Shown: positions 27,787-36,836 of the stretch, piece by piece
Layout: every line of letters starts with the position of its first letter
Numbering within the stretch: the first letter of the stretch is position 1
From: Myxococcota bacterium
Lineage (GTDB): Bacteria > Myxococcota_A > Polyangia > Nannocystales > Nannocystaceae
Direction: 5' to 3'
Assembly: GCA_039028615.1 (NCBI GenBank)
Contig: JBCCHT010000016.1
Location: 96,001 to 160,000 of the forward strand
DNA length: 64,000 bases
Position numbers and translations under genes: made by a program
Notes under the pieces: generated by a model
Database searches by the model: none
What the model was told of the DNA's origin: nothing
The model's input: the letters and a program-made list of their open reading frames with translations, nothing else

Positions 27787-29397
27787 TCAGCCCACGGGCG
27801 GCTGACAGATCCCGCCCGCCTCGATCTGCGCCTGCGTACGGAAGGTGTTCAGCTCGCCCCAGTGCGGGATCTCGACCGCGGGGATGGTGCCGTCCTCGCG
27901 GATGTTGGTCACGTGATACGTGTGCTGATTCCAGATTCGCCGCGCGGAGATCCATCGGTCCTGTACGTCGCGGATCACCTGGAGCGCGGGCGCGGTCTGG
28001 TCGTCGAACCAACCCGCGTTGGAGACCACGAGGATCTCGGCGGAGCCGTCGTTGTCGACGTCGGCGACCACCGGGTACTCGCTCAAGGTGCCGCTGCTGC
28101 GAGGGACCTCGAGCAGGACGTTGCCGTCGCCATCGAAGACATAGAGGTTCTGCTCGTCGCCGTACATCGCCTCGGCGATGCCGTCGCCGAGGAAGTCGAA
28201 GGCGGTGCCCGCCGCACTGCCGGTCACGTCGGTGACGGGGGCGGTCCACAACACGTCGCCATCGGACTCGAACACGGAGTAGATGCCGCCCGAGCTGGTG
28301 GCGAGCTCGGCCACGCCGTCGCCGTCGAAGTCGTGCACGGTCGGCGGGCGGATCCAGGAGGTGCCGTCGGACATGATGCCGCTGGGGCGAAGCCCGGCCG
28401 TCTTCACCGTGCCGTCGTGCTCGAGGATGCTGATGCCGTCGAAGCTCTGCACCACCACCTCCGGCTCGGGGTCTTCGTCGAGGTTGGCGACCAGCGGATA
28501 CCCGGTGGGGACCTCTTCAGTGCGGTAGTACTCGGTTCCGTCGGCGTGGAAGGCACTGCGCCCGAGTACGATCTCGAGCTCGCCGTCGCCGTCGAGGTCG
28601 GCCGCGGTCGTGGCGTTGCCCCACCCGGTGATGGTGGTCTCCTCGAGCATCAGGCTGAGCTGGCCTTCGGCGTCGAAGACGAGGTTGTCGGCCAAGATCT
28701 CCACCGAGCCGTCGCCCTCGAGGTCGGCCAGCGCCAGCGACGAGAACCCGAAGTCGAGCCAGGGCTGGTCGCTCTGCCAGGCCATGGTGCCGTCGTGCTC
28801 GAAGGCGAGGAGGAAGTTGATGCCGTGCGCGACGGCGACGATCTCGGGCAGCCCGTCACCATCGATGTCGCCCAGGGCGGGGGTGAACGAGGCGTCGATG
28901 ATGGCGTCGGTGCTCCAGTGTACGGCCCCGGTGGCGCCGTCGAGCACGTACATGGAGCCCGCGAAGTTGGCGTAGTTGGCGAAGGCGATCACCACGATGT
29001 CGGGTGTGTCGCACAGGTCGATGGTGCCGTTGCCATCGTCGTCGGTGAGGTTGGCGACCAGCGGGATGGCGATGGCCTGAGTGTTGGCCCCGTCGCCGTT
29101 CCAGCTCCACTGCACCTCGGGCTCGAAGCTGTCGGGCGGGGCGCTGTCGGTGCAGGGCCCGATGCCGCTCATGTCGTCGACGACGTCGCAGGTCGGGGCC
29201 GCGCCCACGTCGATGGTGCTGACGTCGAGAAACTCGTCGCTCGTGGCGGTCTCGTCGGCGCCATCGGTGGTCGATGCGGCGACGGTCGTCGTGCCGGGAC
29301 CACCGGTCGGCTCGGTGTCGAAGGGGTTGCTTCCATCGTCTCCGCAGCTGACGACCATTACGGCCGCCGCGAGCAAGGTCCCACGAGCGCTTCGCAT
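27787..29397 (-). CDS. FG-GAP/VCBS repeat lipoprotein
   Basis: Lipobox VVSC. Repeated GDIDGDGLPEIV, ADLDGDGELEIV and DFDGDGVAE. WNQHTYHVTNI. Confidence 0.85.
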   Translation of the reverse strand: MRSARGTLLAAAVMVVSCGDDGSNPFDTEPTGGPGTTTVAASTTDGADETATSDEFLDVSTIDVGAAPTCDVVDDMSGIGPCTDSAPPDSFEPEVQWSWNGDGANTQAIAIPLVANLTDDDGNGTIDLCDTPDIVVIAFANYANFAGSMYVLDGATGAVHWSTDAIIDASFTPALGDIDGDGLPEIVAVAHGINFLLAFEHDGTMAWQSDQPWLDFGFSSLALADLEGDGSVEILADNLVFDAEGQLSLMLEETTITGWGNATTAADLDGDGELEIVLGRSAFHADGTEYYRTEEVPTGYPLVANLDEDPEPEVVVQSFDGISILEHDGTVKTAGLRPSGIMSDGTSWIRPPTVHDFDGDGVAELATSSGGIYSVFESDGDVLWTAPVTDVTGSAAGTAFDFLGDGIAEAMYGDEQNLYVFDGDGNVLLEVPRSSGTLSEYPVVADVDNDGSAEILVVSNAGWFDDQTAPALQVIRDVQDRWISARRIWNQHTYHVTNIREDGTIPAVEIPHWGELNTFRTQAQIEAGGICQPPVG

Positions 29398-29530
29398 CGG
29401 GGGGACCGTGGCAGATTCGTGGCTCGCCCGCAAAGGGGGTGCTCGGCGCTTGCACCGAGCGCGTCGCGTTGCGAGCCTGGCTGCGGCCATGGCCTCCGTC
29501 CGTGAAGACTCGGGACCGCACGCGTCCGTC

Positions 29531-30631
29531 ATGGCTTTGCCCCAGCCCAGCCGACGGGCCCGTTTTTGGTGGTGGGTGGTGTTGGTGCTGCTCGCGTCGG
29601 GGTACGCCGCACTGCGGCTGACCATGAACGAGGAGTATCGGGTGGCGCCCTGGGCCGCGATCGTGGAGCTGCGGGCCCCGCTGCCCTTTGGCCACCGCGT
29701 GCTGGTGCCGCTGCTCGCTCGACCTCTCGTCGATGCGGGGGTCTCGTTGCGCCTGGTGCTCGGCGGGTTCGAGGCCTTCGCGACCGCGGGGTTGATGGCG
29801 GCGACGGCTTGGACGCTGCGTCCCCATGTCGGCCAGCGCCTGGCGATGGCGGCCGGGCTCGGGATTCTGTGCATCCTGCCCTGGCCCTATCTCCTGCCGC
29901 ACGAGTGGCCGATCTTTTATCCGTGGGACACCCCGGCCATGGCCCTTCTCATGGCGGGGCTGGGGGCGATCGACCGGCGGCGATGGGGGCTTTCGCTGGG
30001 CATCGCCGCAGCGGCCGCGCTCAACCGGGAGAGTGCCATCCTGCTCCCGGTCGTCGCGGTGCTGTGGGTGCCACCGCGCGCCGAGGACTGGCGCCCGGCC
30101 CTGGCTCGAGTGGCCGGGCTCGTTGCGGTGGTCTTGTTCGTTCGTATGGGTGTCGCGCTGACCCTGCCCGACAACCCGGGGCCACCCGTTCACTTCACCA
30201 TCGGTAAGGGTGAATATCGGGTGTTCAACAACCTGCGATGGTTGTCCGATCCGCTTCACGTGTTGGCGGCCATTCCCAGCCTCGCCGCGTGGCCCCTTTG
30301 TTGGCCGCTGATGAGATCGGCGGTCGCTCCACGCATGCGTCGTCTGTGGCTCGTCGCGTGGATGCAAACCGCCGGCCTCCTGCTCGTTGCGAATATCTAC
30401 GAGCCGCGGGCATTCGGCGAAGTCTTGGTCCTGGCCTATGTGCCATCACTGGTGGGCGGGGCGCGCTGGTTGGGTCTGGGACCCGAACACGAAGCCCACG
30501 CCTCACCGCGATGGCTGAGGGTCGTCGACCGCCACGGGGCGTGGCTCGTTGCGTTGGCATTCATTGCGTTCGTGCTTGCGCTCCAACAGTGGAGCTTCTT
30601 GCCCGTGGCTCAGTGGCCCATGCCTCGTTGA
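29531..30631 (+). CDS. Multi-pass membrane protein (possibly GT-C-like)
   Basis: Many hydrophobic segments with PFGHRVLVP, YPWD and LNRES motifs. The start may be 29489. Confidence 0.6.
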   Translation: MALPQPSRRARFWWWVVLVLLASGYAALRLTMNEEYRVAPWAAIVELRAPLPFGHRVLVPLLARPLVDAGVSLRLVLGGFEAFATAGLMAATAWTLRPHVGQRLAMAAGLGILCILPWPYLLPHEWPIFYPWDTPAMALLMAGLGAIDRRRWGLSLGIAAAAALNRESAILLPVVAVLWVPPRAEDWRPALARVAGLVAVVLFVRMGVALTLPDNPGPPVHFTIGKGEYRVFNNLRWLSDPLHVLAAIPSLAAWPLCWPLMRSAVAPRMRRLWLVAWMQTAGLLLVANIYEPRAFGEVLVLAYVPSLVGGARWLGLGPEHEAHASPRWLRVVDRHGAWLVALAFIAFVLALQQWSFLPVAQWPMPR

Positions 30632-30673
30632 CGAGGCGGGGCGCTCGGGCGCAGCCGAGCCGATGGACAGAGG

Positions 30674-30815
30674 AAAAGGTGATCGCGACGAGAGATGTGA
30701 AGACGTTTACGCGTTCTACCGATTGAACTACCGCCCCGAAGTGGTGGAGCGACCCGGACTCGAACCGAGAACCTCGTCATTGGAAATGTAGTCTTCACTG
30801 CATTCGCGATCGAAG
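30674..30815 (-). ncRNA. yrlA: YrlA-type Y RNA with a circularly permuted tRNA-like domain
   Basis: Terminal stem GAUCGCGA/UCGCGAUC with a CGAAUG motif. Internally the order is T-arm (CUCGG UUCGAGU CCGGG), closed acceptor stem, D-arm (GUUC AAUCGGUA GAAC), with no anticodon loop. Downstream of rsr. Confidence 0.85.
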
Positions 30816-30822
30816 ATCGATG

Positions 30823-30899
30823 AAAAAGGTGGCTGCGACGAGGTGTTCGAAGAGACGGTCGGTAATGGATGTAGTCTCTTCGGGCATTCGCGGCCGAAG
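30823..30899 (-). ncRNA. Short Y-RNA-like unit (no tRNA-like domain)
   Basis: CGGCCGCGAAUGCCCGAAGAGACUACAUCC...GUCUCUUCGAACACCUCGUCGCAGCCACCUUUUU, the same scaffold as its neighbours. Confidence 0.7.
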
Positions 30900-30905
30900 T
30901 CGTTG

Positions 30906-30983
30906 AAAAAAGGTGGCTACGACCAGGTGTTCGAGGAGACGCATTTTTCCGGATGTAGTCTCCCCGGGCATTCGTAGCCGAAG
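30906..30983 (-). ncRNA. Short Y-RNA-like unit (no tRNA-like domain)
   Basis: CGGCUACGAAUGCCCGGGGAGACUACAUCC...GUCUCCUCGAACACCUGGUCGUAGCCACCUUUUUU, starting a few nt after the rsr stop. Confidence 0.7.
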
Positions 30984-30987
30984 GGGT

Positions 30988-32544
30988 TCACAGGGCGATG
31001 GAGTCGATCTCGCCCACCCAGTGCTTGCTGTCGATCCCGTTGTCGATGAACGAGCCTACGAGGTCGAACACGGCGTCGGAGAAGCCGCCCACGTTGAGGA
31101 TGTCGTCCCGCTCGGGGGCCTGGGTGTTGGGGTAGGGCTGGATGTCGATGCAGACCAACTTGGCCTTGGGGTTGCGACGCTTGTACTTCGTCCACTCGGT
31201 CATGACCTGCGTGCCGGGGTTCCAGCTGCGGGTCTCGTCGATCCACGACTGGTTGTCCGAGACGAAGACCACCAGGTCACCCGTGGCCTTTTGCGCGTTG
31301 AGCCGAGCCAAGGGGGCCGCGCACTTGGTGCCGCCGCTGGGCAGCGAGGCCAAGCGATTGGCGTTGGTCATGATGCTGTCGCGGGGGTTGAGGGGGCAGG
31401 GCTGGACGCGATCGTGGAAGGGCAGGACGTTGGTCTTAGGGTTGGTACGCAGGAACGCGGCGGCGATGAGGGCCGCGATGTCGATGCAGCGGACCACCGA
31501 GGTGGCGCCGGGGCGGTGACCGGTGGCGGCCGAGTGCATGGAGCCTGAGATGTCGGGCAGCACGTGCACGGTGCCCTGGGTGCGAGGCACGTTGGCCACC
31601 GCGATCTCCATGGCATCCTGCAGGGCTTCGCGAACGGGCAGCGGGACTCGCTCGTCGAGCTGGGTGTAGGCCACCATGAGCTGGTAGGGGAACACTCGGG
31701 CGCGACGCACCTCCTTGGGGGATGCGAGCCGTCGCGCGATCATGCGTACGGTGTCGGGGTTCTCGAAGACGCCGTGGCGGGCGAAGGTGTTGAGGTTCAT
31801 GCGGGTCATCTGCCAGCCGGCATCGCGGGCGATCTGCGTCCACGCCGAGGTGTCGAGCGACAGCGCGGTGAGGAGCTGGAAGGGGACCTTGGGGATGTGC
31901 GTGGTGTGCCCGTTCTTGTACGCGAGGTAGTCCTTCACGATGGTGGGCAGGGCGTCGGGGTCGTGGGGGCGGCCCACGAGGTAGCCATACAGGGCCCGGC
32001 GCTCGGCGTCGGGAGGCGTGGGGTGGACCATCTTGATGACGTCGGCGAGCGAGGGGCTGGTGCCCACGCTGGCGCGCAGCAGGGCCGAGGCGGAGCGGTC
32101 ACCAAGCCAGCGCTTGACCAGTCGCTTGGGGCGGCTACCGAGCGAGCGTCGGCCGGTCACGCCGCTGCGGAGGATCTGCACGAAGTTGCGCAGCATCTTG
32201 CCGTTGTCACAGACCCGGTCGAAGGCCGGCTCGAGCCAGTCGCTGCCGCGGCTGGCCAACACGGCCAAGAGCAACGCGGGCATGTCCTTCATGTGCGCCT
32301 TGGTCCGAGCGTAGATCGCCGTGCGAGCGATGAACGTATCGTCGATATCCTTGGTCAGCGCGAGCACCTCGTCGAGCTGATCGGCCTGCGAGGAGTAGTA
32401 GGTGTTGCCGAAGCAGCCCGTCGCGGCGTACTGCGCCAGCGCATGCTCGCTGTCGAGCCGGTAGGCCTTGCCACCGGCCTGGTTGATGGTGTTGGCGGCG
32501 GGGACTCGGCGGGCAGCGGAAGAGAACAGGTGCTTGTTGGCCAT
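30988..32544 (-). CDS. rsr: Ro60/TROVE-domain RNA-binding protein with vWA domain
   Basis: NQAGGKAY, GCFGNTYY, QMTRMNLNTFARHGVF, vWA MIDAS DISGSM and VSDNQSW. Confidence 0.93.
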   Translation of the reverse strand: MANKHLFSSAARRVPAANTINQAGGKAYRLDSEHALAQYAATGCFGNTYYSSQADQLDEVLALTKDIDDTFIARTAIYARTKAHMKDMPALLLAVLASRGSDWLEPAFDRVCDNGKMLRNFVQILRSGVTGRRSLGSRPKRLVKRWLGDRSASALLRASVGTSPSLADVIKMVHPTPPDAERRALYGYLVGRPHDPDALPTIVKDYLAYKNGHTTHIPKVPFQLLTALSLDTSAWTQIARDAGWQMTRMNLNTFARHGVFENPDTVRMIARRLASPKEVRRARVFPYQLMVAYTQLDERVPLPVREALQDAMEIAVANVPRTQGTVHVLPDISGSMHSAATGHRPGATSVVRCIDIAALIAAAFLRTNPKTNVLPFHDRVQPCPLNPRDSIMTNANRLASLPSGGTKCAAPLARLNAQKATGDLVVFVSDNQSWIDETRSWNPGTQVMTEWTKYKRRNPKAKLVCIDIQPYPNTQAPERDDILNVGGFSDAVFDLVGSFIDNGIDSKHWVGEIDSIAL

Positions 32545-32594
32545 GATGGGCTCCGTTTCATGCCGCCGATGGGGCGGCCGACGCAGAGTTATTG

Positions 32595-32611
32595 AGCACG
32601 CACCGGGCCAA
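32595..32611 (-). promoter_or_regulatory. Sigma54 (-24/-12) promoter of the rsr-Y RNA operon
   Basis: Minus strand TTGGCCCGGTGCGTGCT = GG-N10-GC, about 50 nt upstream of rsr. Confidence 0.7.
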
Positions 32612-32750
32612 CCGACGCCGAGTCTCGTCGGGTCGGGGCTATTTTCTAGTGATTACGGACCATTATGGGGTTCTGGAGAGTTCGCGTGGGCCGAGCGTTG
32701 TCGGTCTATTCATATCTATCTGTATCGCTTCGTATTGAACTGGAGCGCAG

Positions 32751-34364
32751 CTAGTCGCGAGGTAGATCCTTCCATTTCAGGTCGTACTTCGCCAGGTACT
32801 TGCGCAGCCGGTCCGCGTCGTTGACCGAAGTTCGAGCTCGACGCGACGCCGCAAAGAGGGTGCGGCCCGCCTCCGACAGGGTGCGGCTGCGTCGGCAGAC
32901 CCGGAGCACTGCCGCCAGCTGTACTCGATCGAACAGGTCCAGATCATCGAACGCATCCGAGCCCAGGGCCTCGTCGATGAGCTCCCGGTCGCCGCTGTCG
33001 GCTTGCCCGCGATTCCAGCTCTTCTCGAGCCGTGCGCGCTCGGCCTCGACGACGCTGCGGTTGATTCGCCCGCCCGGCGCGAGCGTGGCCATGCGTTCCA
33101 CCGCGGCCGAAAAGTCCCGGAAGTTGCCCTTCCAGGCGGCGGCGGGCGAGGTGGCAAAGCGCAAGAAGGTCTGCCGGGCCTCCTTGTTGAAGGTGACGCG
33201 AGCGTTTTCTCGGGCGGCGTAGCGGGACAGCTCGTACTCGAGGTTGGGGGCGATGTCCTCGGGCCGCCGGGCGAGCCCCGGAAGCTCGAAGCTCCACAGG
33301 TTGATCCGTGCCAGCAGATCCTCGCGGAAGCGGCCCTTGTCCACCGCCTCGCCCAGGTCGCGGTTGGTGCCCGCGATGAGCTGGAAGTCGCTGTCGACCT
33401 CGCGATCGCTGCCCACGGGGAGGAAGCGCTTGTCCTCGATGGCTCGCAGCAGCATGGCCTGTTCATCGAGGCCGAGTTCGCCGATCTCGTCGAGAAAGAG
33501 CACGCCATCGTCGGCGCTGCGCAGCACACCCGGTCGGTCCTTCACCGCGCCCGTGAAGGCTCCCTTGGCGTGGCCGAAGAGCATCGACATGGCCTGGTCG
33601 CCCCGGAGCGTGGCGCAGTTGATCTCCACGAATTTGCCGCGAACCTGCTTGCGTTGGCTCTTGAGATCGAAAATCCGCCGCGCCAGCCGGGTCTTGCCCG
33701 CCCCCGTCGGCCCGGTGAGCAGCACGGGGGAGCGCGAGCCGATGGCCACGTGCTCGATCTGGGCGATCAGCTCGTTGAAGGCCTTGTTCTTGGTGTCGAT
33801 GCCTGCCTTGAGGAACGACAGCCCCTCGCGCTGGTCCTGGCGAAAGCGCGAGGCGATCTGGTCGTACTTGCTGAGGTCGAGGTCGATGATGCGAAAGGTG
33901 CCCGGCCCGTCGGCGTTGGTGCGCCCGCCCGGCGGCGAGCTCTGGATCAGCCGGGCCGGCAGCTCGCGCGACTCGGTGAGCAAGAACCAGCAGATCTGCG
34001 CCACGTGGGTGCCCGTGGTGATGTGCACGAGGTAGTCCTCGGAGGTGCGGAAGCGATACGCTCGGGTAAAGTCGAGCAGCGCGGCGTAGACCTCCTCGAA
34101 GTCCCAGGGGTCCTCGAACTCCAGCTGGTGGTGTCGAACCTCCGTCTCGGGCGAGATCTGGGCGATGTCCTCGGCAACGGTATCGGCCAGGCGCGTGAAC
34201 TGGGACTGACCGAGCAGCTCGAAGCGCGAGACCAACAAGTCCTCGTGGCGGCATACATCGACGGTGGGGCGCCACCGATTCCAACGCTTCGCACCACGGC
34301 CGGCATCGAGGGTAGGACCGAGCAGGCCGAGCACGACGACCGGTTTGGGGCTTCGGGACGCCAT
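32751..34364 (-). CDS. rtcR: RNA repair transcriptional activator (CARF + sigma54 AAA+)
   Basis: RWNRWRPTV, DPWDFEEVY, VHITTGTHVAQI, GPTGAGKT, GAFTGA and NDADRLRKYL. Confidence 0.96.
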   Translation of the reverse strand: MASRSPKPVVVLGLLGPTLDAGRGAKRWNRWRPTVDVCRHEDLLVSRFELLGQSQFTRLADTVAEDIAQISPETEVRHHQLEFEDPWDFEEVYAALLDFTRAYRFRTSEDYLVHITTGTHVAQICWFLLTESRELPARLIQSSPPGGRTNADGPGTFRIIDLDLSKYDQIASRFRQDQREGLSFLKAGIDTKNKAFNELIAQIEHVAIGSRSPVLLTGPTGAGKTRLARRIFDLKSQRKQVRGKFVEINCATLRGDQAMSMLFGHAKGAFTGAVKDRPGVLRSADDGVLFLDEIGELGLDEQAMLLRAIEDKRFLPVGSDREVDSDFQLIAGTNRDLGEAVDKGRFREDLLARINLWSFELPGLARRPEDIAPNLEYELSRYAARENARVTFNKEARQTFLRFATSPAAAWKGNFRDFSAAVERMATLAPGGRINRSVVEAERARLEKSWNRGQADSGDRELIDEALGSDAFDDLDLFDRVQLAAVLRVCRRSRTLSEAGRTLFAASRRARTSVNDADRLRKYLAKYDLKWKDLPRD

Positions 34365-34461
34365 GCCCGAGTATTATCCATTTCGATAAATTACGGTATG
34401 GAGAGATATGGGAGGGGCTCGGGCGATTATCTAAGTATTTGAAAATACTCGAAGGGAGGCG

Positions 34462-34477
34462 TGGCTCGGGTCCTGCT
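34462..34477 (+). promoter_or_regulatory. Sigma54 (-24/-12) promoter of rtcBA
   Basis: TGGCTCGGGTCCTGCT = GG-N10-GC. A TTATC-N6-GATAA inverted repeat lies upstream (34374-34389). Confidence 0.7.
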
Positions 34478-34510
34478 CTTAGTTCGGGTGTCCCACGGAC
34501 CAAGGAACCG

Positions 34511-35761
34511 ATGATGGAGACCCAGACCAAGACCCCGACCCAGTACAAGGTGATGAGCGAGACCGGCGGTGTGCCCGTGAAGCACTGGACCCGCGGCGTG
34601 CCGGTCGAAGACGCGGCCCTGCGCCAGCTGTCGAACCTGGCCCGGCTGCCCTTCATCCACCGCTGGGTCGCCGCCATGCCGGACGTGCACGTCGGCGTCG
34701 GTGCGACCATCGGCAGCGTCGTGCCGACCAAGGGCGCGATCATTCCCGCGGCGGTCGGCGTGGATCTCGGCTGCGGCATGATGGCGGTGCGGACCTCCCT
34801 GCGGGCCGCGGACCTGCCCGACTCGCTCGGTCACGTGCGGGCGGCCATCGAGGCCGCGGTCCCGCACGGCCGTAGCGGCGACCGTCGTCGCCGGGATCGC
34901 GGTGCATGGGGGACCCCGCCCACCGCGGTCGCCAAGGCCTGGACCGACACGCTGGCGACTCGCTTCGACGCCATCACGACCAAGCACCCCAAGATCCGAC
35001 AGAGCAACAACCTCGTGCACCTGGGCACCCTCGGTACGGGCAACCACTTCATCGAGCTGTGCCTCGACCAGGCCGATCGCGTGTGGGTGATGTTGCATAG
35101 CGGCTCGCGCGGCGTCGGAAACCGCATCGGCAGCTACTTCATCTCGAAGGCCAAGGAGGACATGAAGCGATGGTTCGTGAACCTGCCCGATGCCAACCTG
35201 GCCTACTTCCCCGAGGGCACCAGCCACTTCGAGGACTACTGCGAGGCGGTGACCTGGGCGCAGGACTTCGCGCGGACCAACCGCGAGCTGATGATGGCGG
35301 CCACGCTGCAGGCGCTCCAGCAGGTGTCTTCGTTGCCCCCGTTCACGGCCGATCTCGAGGCGGTGAACTGTCACCACAACTACGTCGCGCGCGAGCGCCA
35401 CTTCGGTGCCGACGTCTGGGTGACCCGCAAGGGCGCGGTTCGGGCCGGCGAAGGCGAGCTGGGGATCATCCCCGGCAGCATGGGCACGCGCTCGTATATC
35501 GTCCGCGGTAAGGGTAACCGCGACAGCTTCTGCTCGTGCAGCCATGGTGCGGGCCGCAAGATGTCGCGGACGGAGGCCAAGCGCCGGTTCACGCTCGAGG
35601 ATCACATCGAGGCCACCAAGGACGTGGAGTGCCGCAAGGATGAGGCCGTGATCGACGAGACGCCCGGCGCGTACAAGTCCATCGACGACGTGATGAAGGC
35701 GCAGTCCGACCTCGTCGACATCGAGCATACGCTCCGCCAGGTCGTGTGCGTGAAGGGTTAG
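34511..35761 (+). CDS. rtcB: RNA ligase RtcB
   Basis: MPDVHVG, VGVDLGCGM, GTLGTGNHFIE, LHSGSRG, HHNY and SHGAGR. AAGGA RBS before ATG 34511. Confidence 0.97.
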   Translation: MMETQTKTPTQYKVMSETGGVPVKHWTRGVPVEDAALRQLSNLARLPFIHRWVAAMPDVHVGVGATIGSVVPTKGAIIPAAVGVDLGCGMMAVRTSLRAADLPDSLGHVRAAIEAAVPHGRSGDRRRRDRGAWGTPPTAVAKAWTDTLATRFDAITTKHPKIRQSNNLVHLGTLGTGNHFIELCLDQADRVWVMLHSGSRGVGNRIGSYFISKAKEDMKRWFVNLPDANLAYFPEGTSHFEDYCEAVTWAQDFARTNRELMMAATLQALQQVSSLPPFTADLEAVNCHHNYVARERHFGADVWVTRKGAVRAGEGELGIIPGSMGTRSYIVRGKGNRDSFCSCSHGAGRKMSRTEAKRRFTLEDHIEATKDVECRKDEAVIDETPGAYKSIDDVMKAQSDLVDIEHTLRQVVCVKG

Positions 35762-35762
35762 G

Positions 35763-36815
35763 ATGACCACGATGAGCCAGACTGCAATCGTCGTCGACGG
35801 CTCCGAGGGGGAGGGCGGAGGGCAGATCCTCCGCTCTTCCCTCGCGTTGTCGCTCGTGACCGGGACGCCGCTTCAGATCCGCGAGATCCGGGCGCGGCGA
35901 CGCAAGCCCGGGCTGATGCGCCAGCACCTCACCGCGGTTCGAGCCGCGGCCGAGGTCGGCGGGGCCACGGTCGAGGGGGACGAGCTGCGTTCGCTTCGGC
36001 TGAGCTTTTCGCCCGGCACGGTGAAGGCCGGGGAGTATCGGTTCTCGGTCGGCACTGCGGGCAGCATCACCCTGGTGCTCCAGACGGTGCTCTGGCCGCT
36101 GCTGCTCGCCGAGGGGCGCTCGACCGTGGTGCTCGAAGGCGGCACCCACAATCCCATGGCGCCACCCTTCGACCACGTGCAGCGGAGCTTGCTCCCGCTG
36201 CTGCGGCGAATGGGGGCCAGCGTCGAGCTCGAGCTGCGGCGTCCGGGGTTCTATCCCGCAGGTGGAGGCTGCATGATCGCGACGATCGACGGTGGTCGTT
36301 CTTTGTCGCGACTCGACTGCCTCGAGCGGGGGTCGCTCCAGGGCGTTGTCGCGCGAGCCCAGGTCTCGGAGCTGCCCGTGTCCATCGCGCGACGGGAGCT
36401 CGCGGTCGTGCACGAGCGACTGGGCTGGACGCAGCGGGAGCTTCACGTCGAGCGCATCGATGCGCGGGGTCCCGGCAACGTGCTGATGCTCGAAGTGACC
36501 CACGAAGGTGGCACCACCGTGGTCTCTTCGTTCGGGGCCAAGGGCGTCACCGCGGAGCAAGTCGCCGAAAACGGCATCGCCGAGCTCGATCGCTTCCTCG
36601 CGGCGCAAGTCCCGATCGACTCCCACTTGGCCGATCAGCTGCTCATCCCCATGGCGCTCACGGGCGGAGGGAGCATGCGCAGCACCAAGCCCACCATGCA
36701 CACACGAAGCAACGCGGCGCTGATCGAGCGGTGGCTGCCGGTCTCCATCGGGTTCACCGAGCAGGCCTGCGGGGCGTGGCAGATCGAGGTGGCGCCGCGC
36801 GGCGCCACGAAGTGA
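35763..36815 (+). CDS. rtcA: RNA 3'-terminal phosphate cyclase
   Basis: DGSEGEGGGQILR, KPGLMRQHL, GFYPAGGG and HLADQLL. Confidence 0.96.
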   Translation: MTTMSQTAIVVDGSEGEGGGQILRSSLALSLVTGTPLQIREIRARRRKPGLMRQHLTAVRAAAEVGGATVEGDELRSLRLSFSPGTVKAGEYRFSVGTAGSITLVLQTVLWPLLLAEGRSTVVLEGGTHNPMAPPFDHVQRSLLPLLRRMGASVELELRRPGFYPAGGGCMIATIDGGRSLSRLDCLERGSLQGVVARAQVSELPVSIARRELAVVHERLGWTQRELHVERIDARGPGNVLMLEVTHEGGTTVVSSFGAKGVTAEQVAENGIAELDRFLAAQVPIDSHLADQLLIPMALTGGGSMRSTKPTMHTRSNAALIERWLPVSIGFTEQACGAWQIEVAPRGATK

Positions 36816-36836
36816 GCTAGGGCCCCGACCCCAGGC

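Noticed and set aside
30709..30777. Canonical tRNA gene (T-loop GGTTCGAGTCC, CCA, D-arm)
   Set aside because: The arms are in permuted order (T, acceptor, D) and there is no anticodon loop. It fits YrlA, not a tRNA.
30674..30983. CRISPR array
   Set aside because: The repeats are long, degenerate and covarying, the variable parts differ greatly in length, and no cas genes are present.
34436..34454. Sixth Fur-like box (TTTGAAAATACTC) upstream of rtcB
   Set aside because: Only the left half matches. It is better explained as AT-rich sequence between enhancer and sigma54 promoter.
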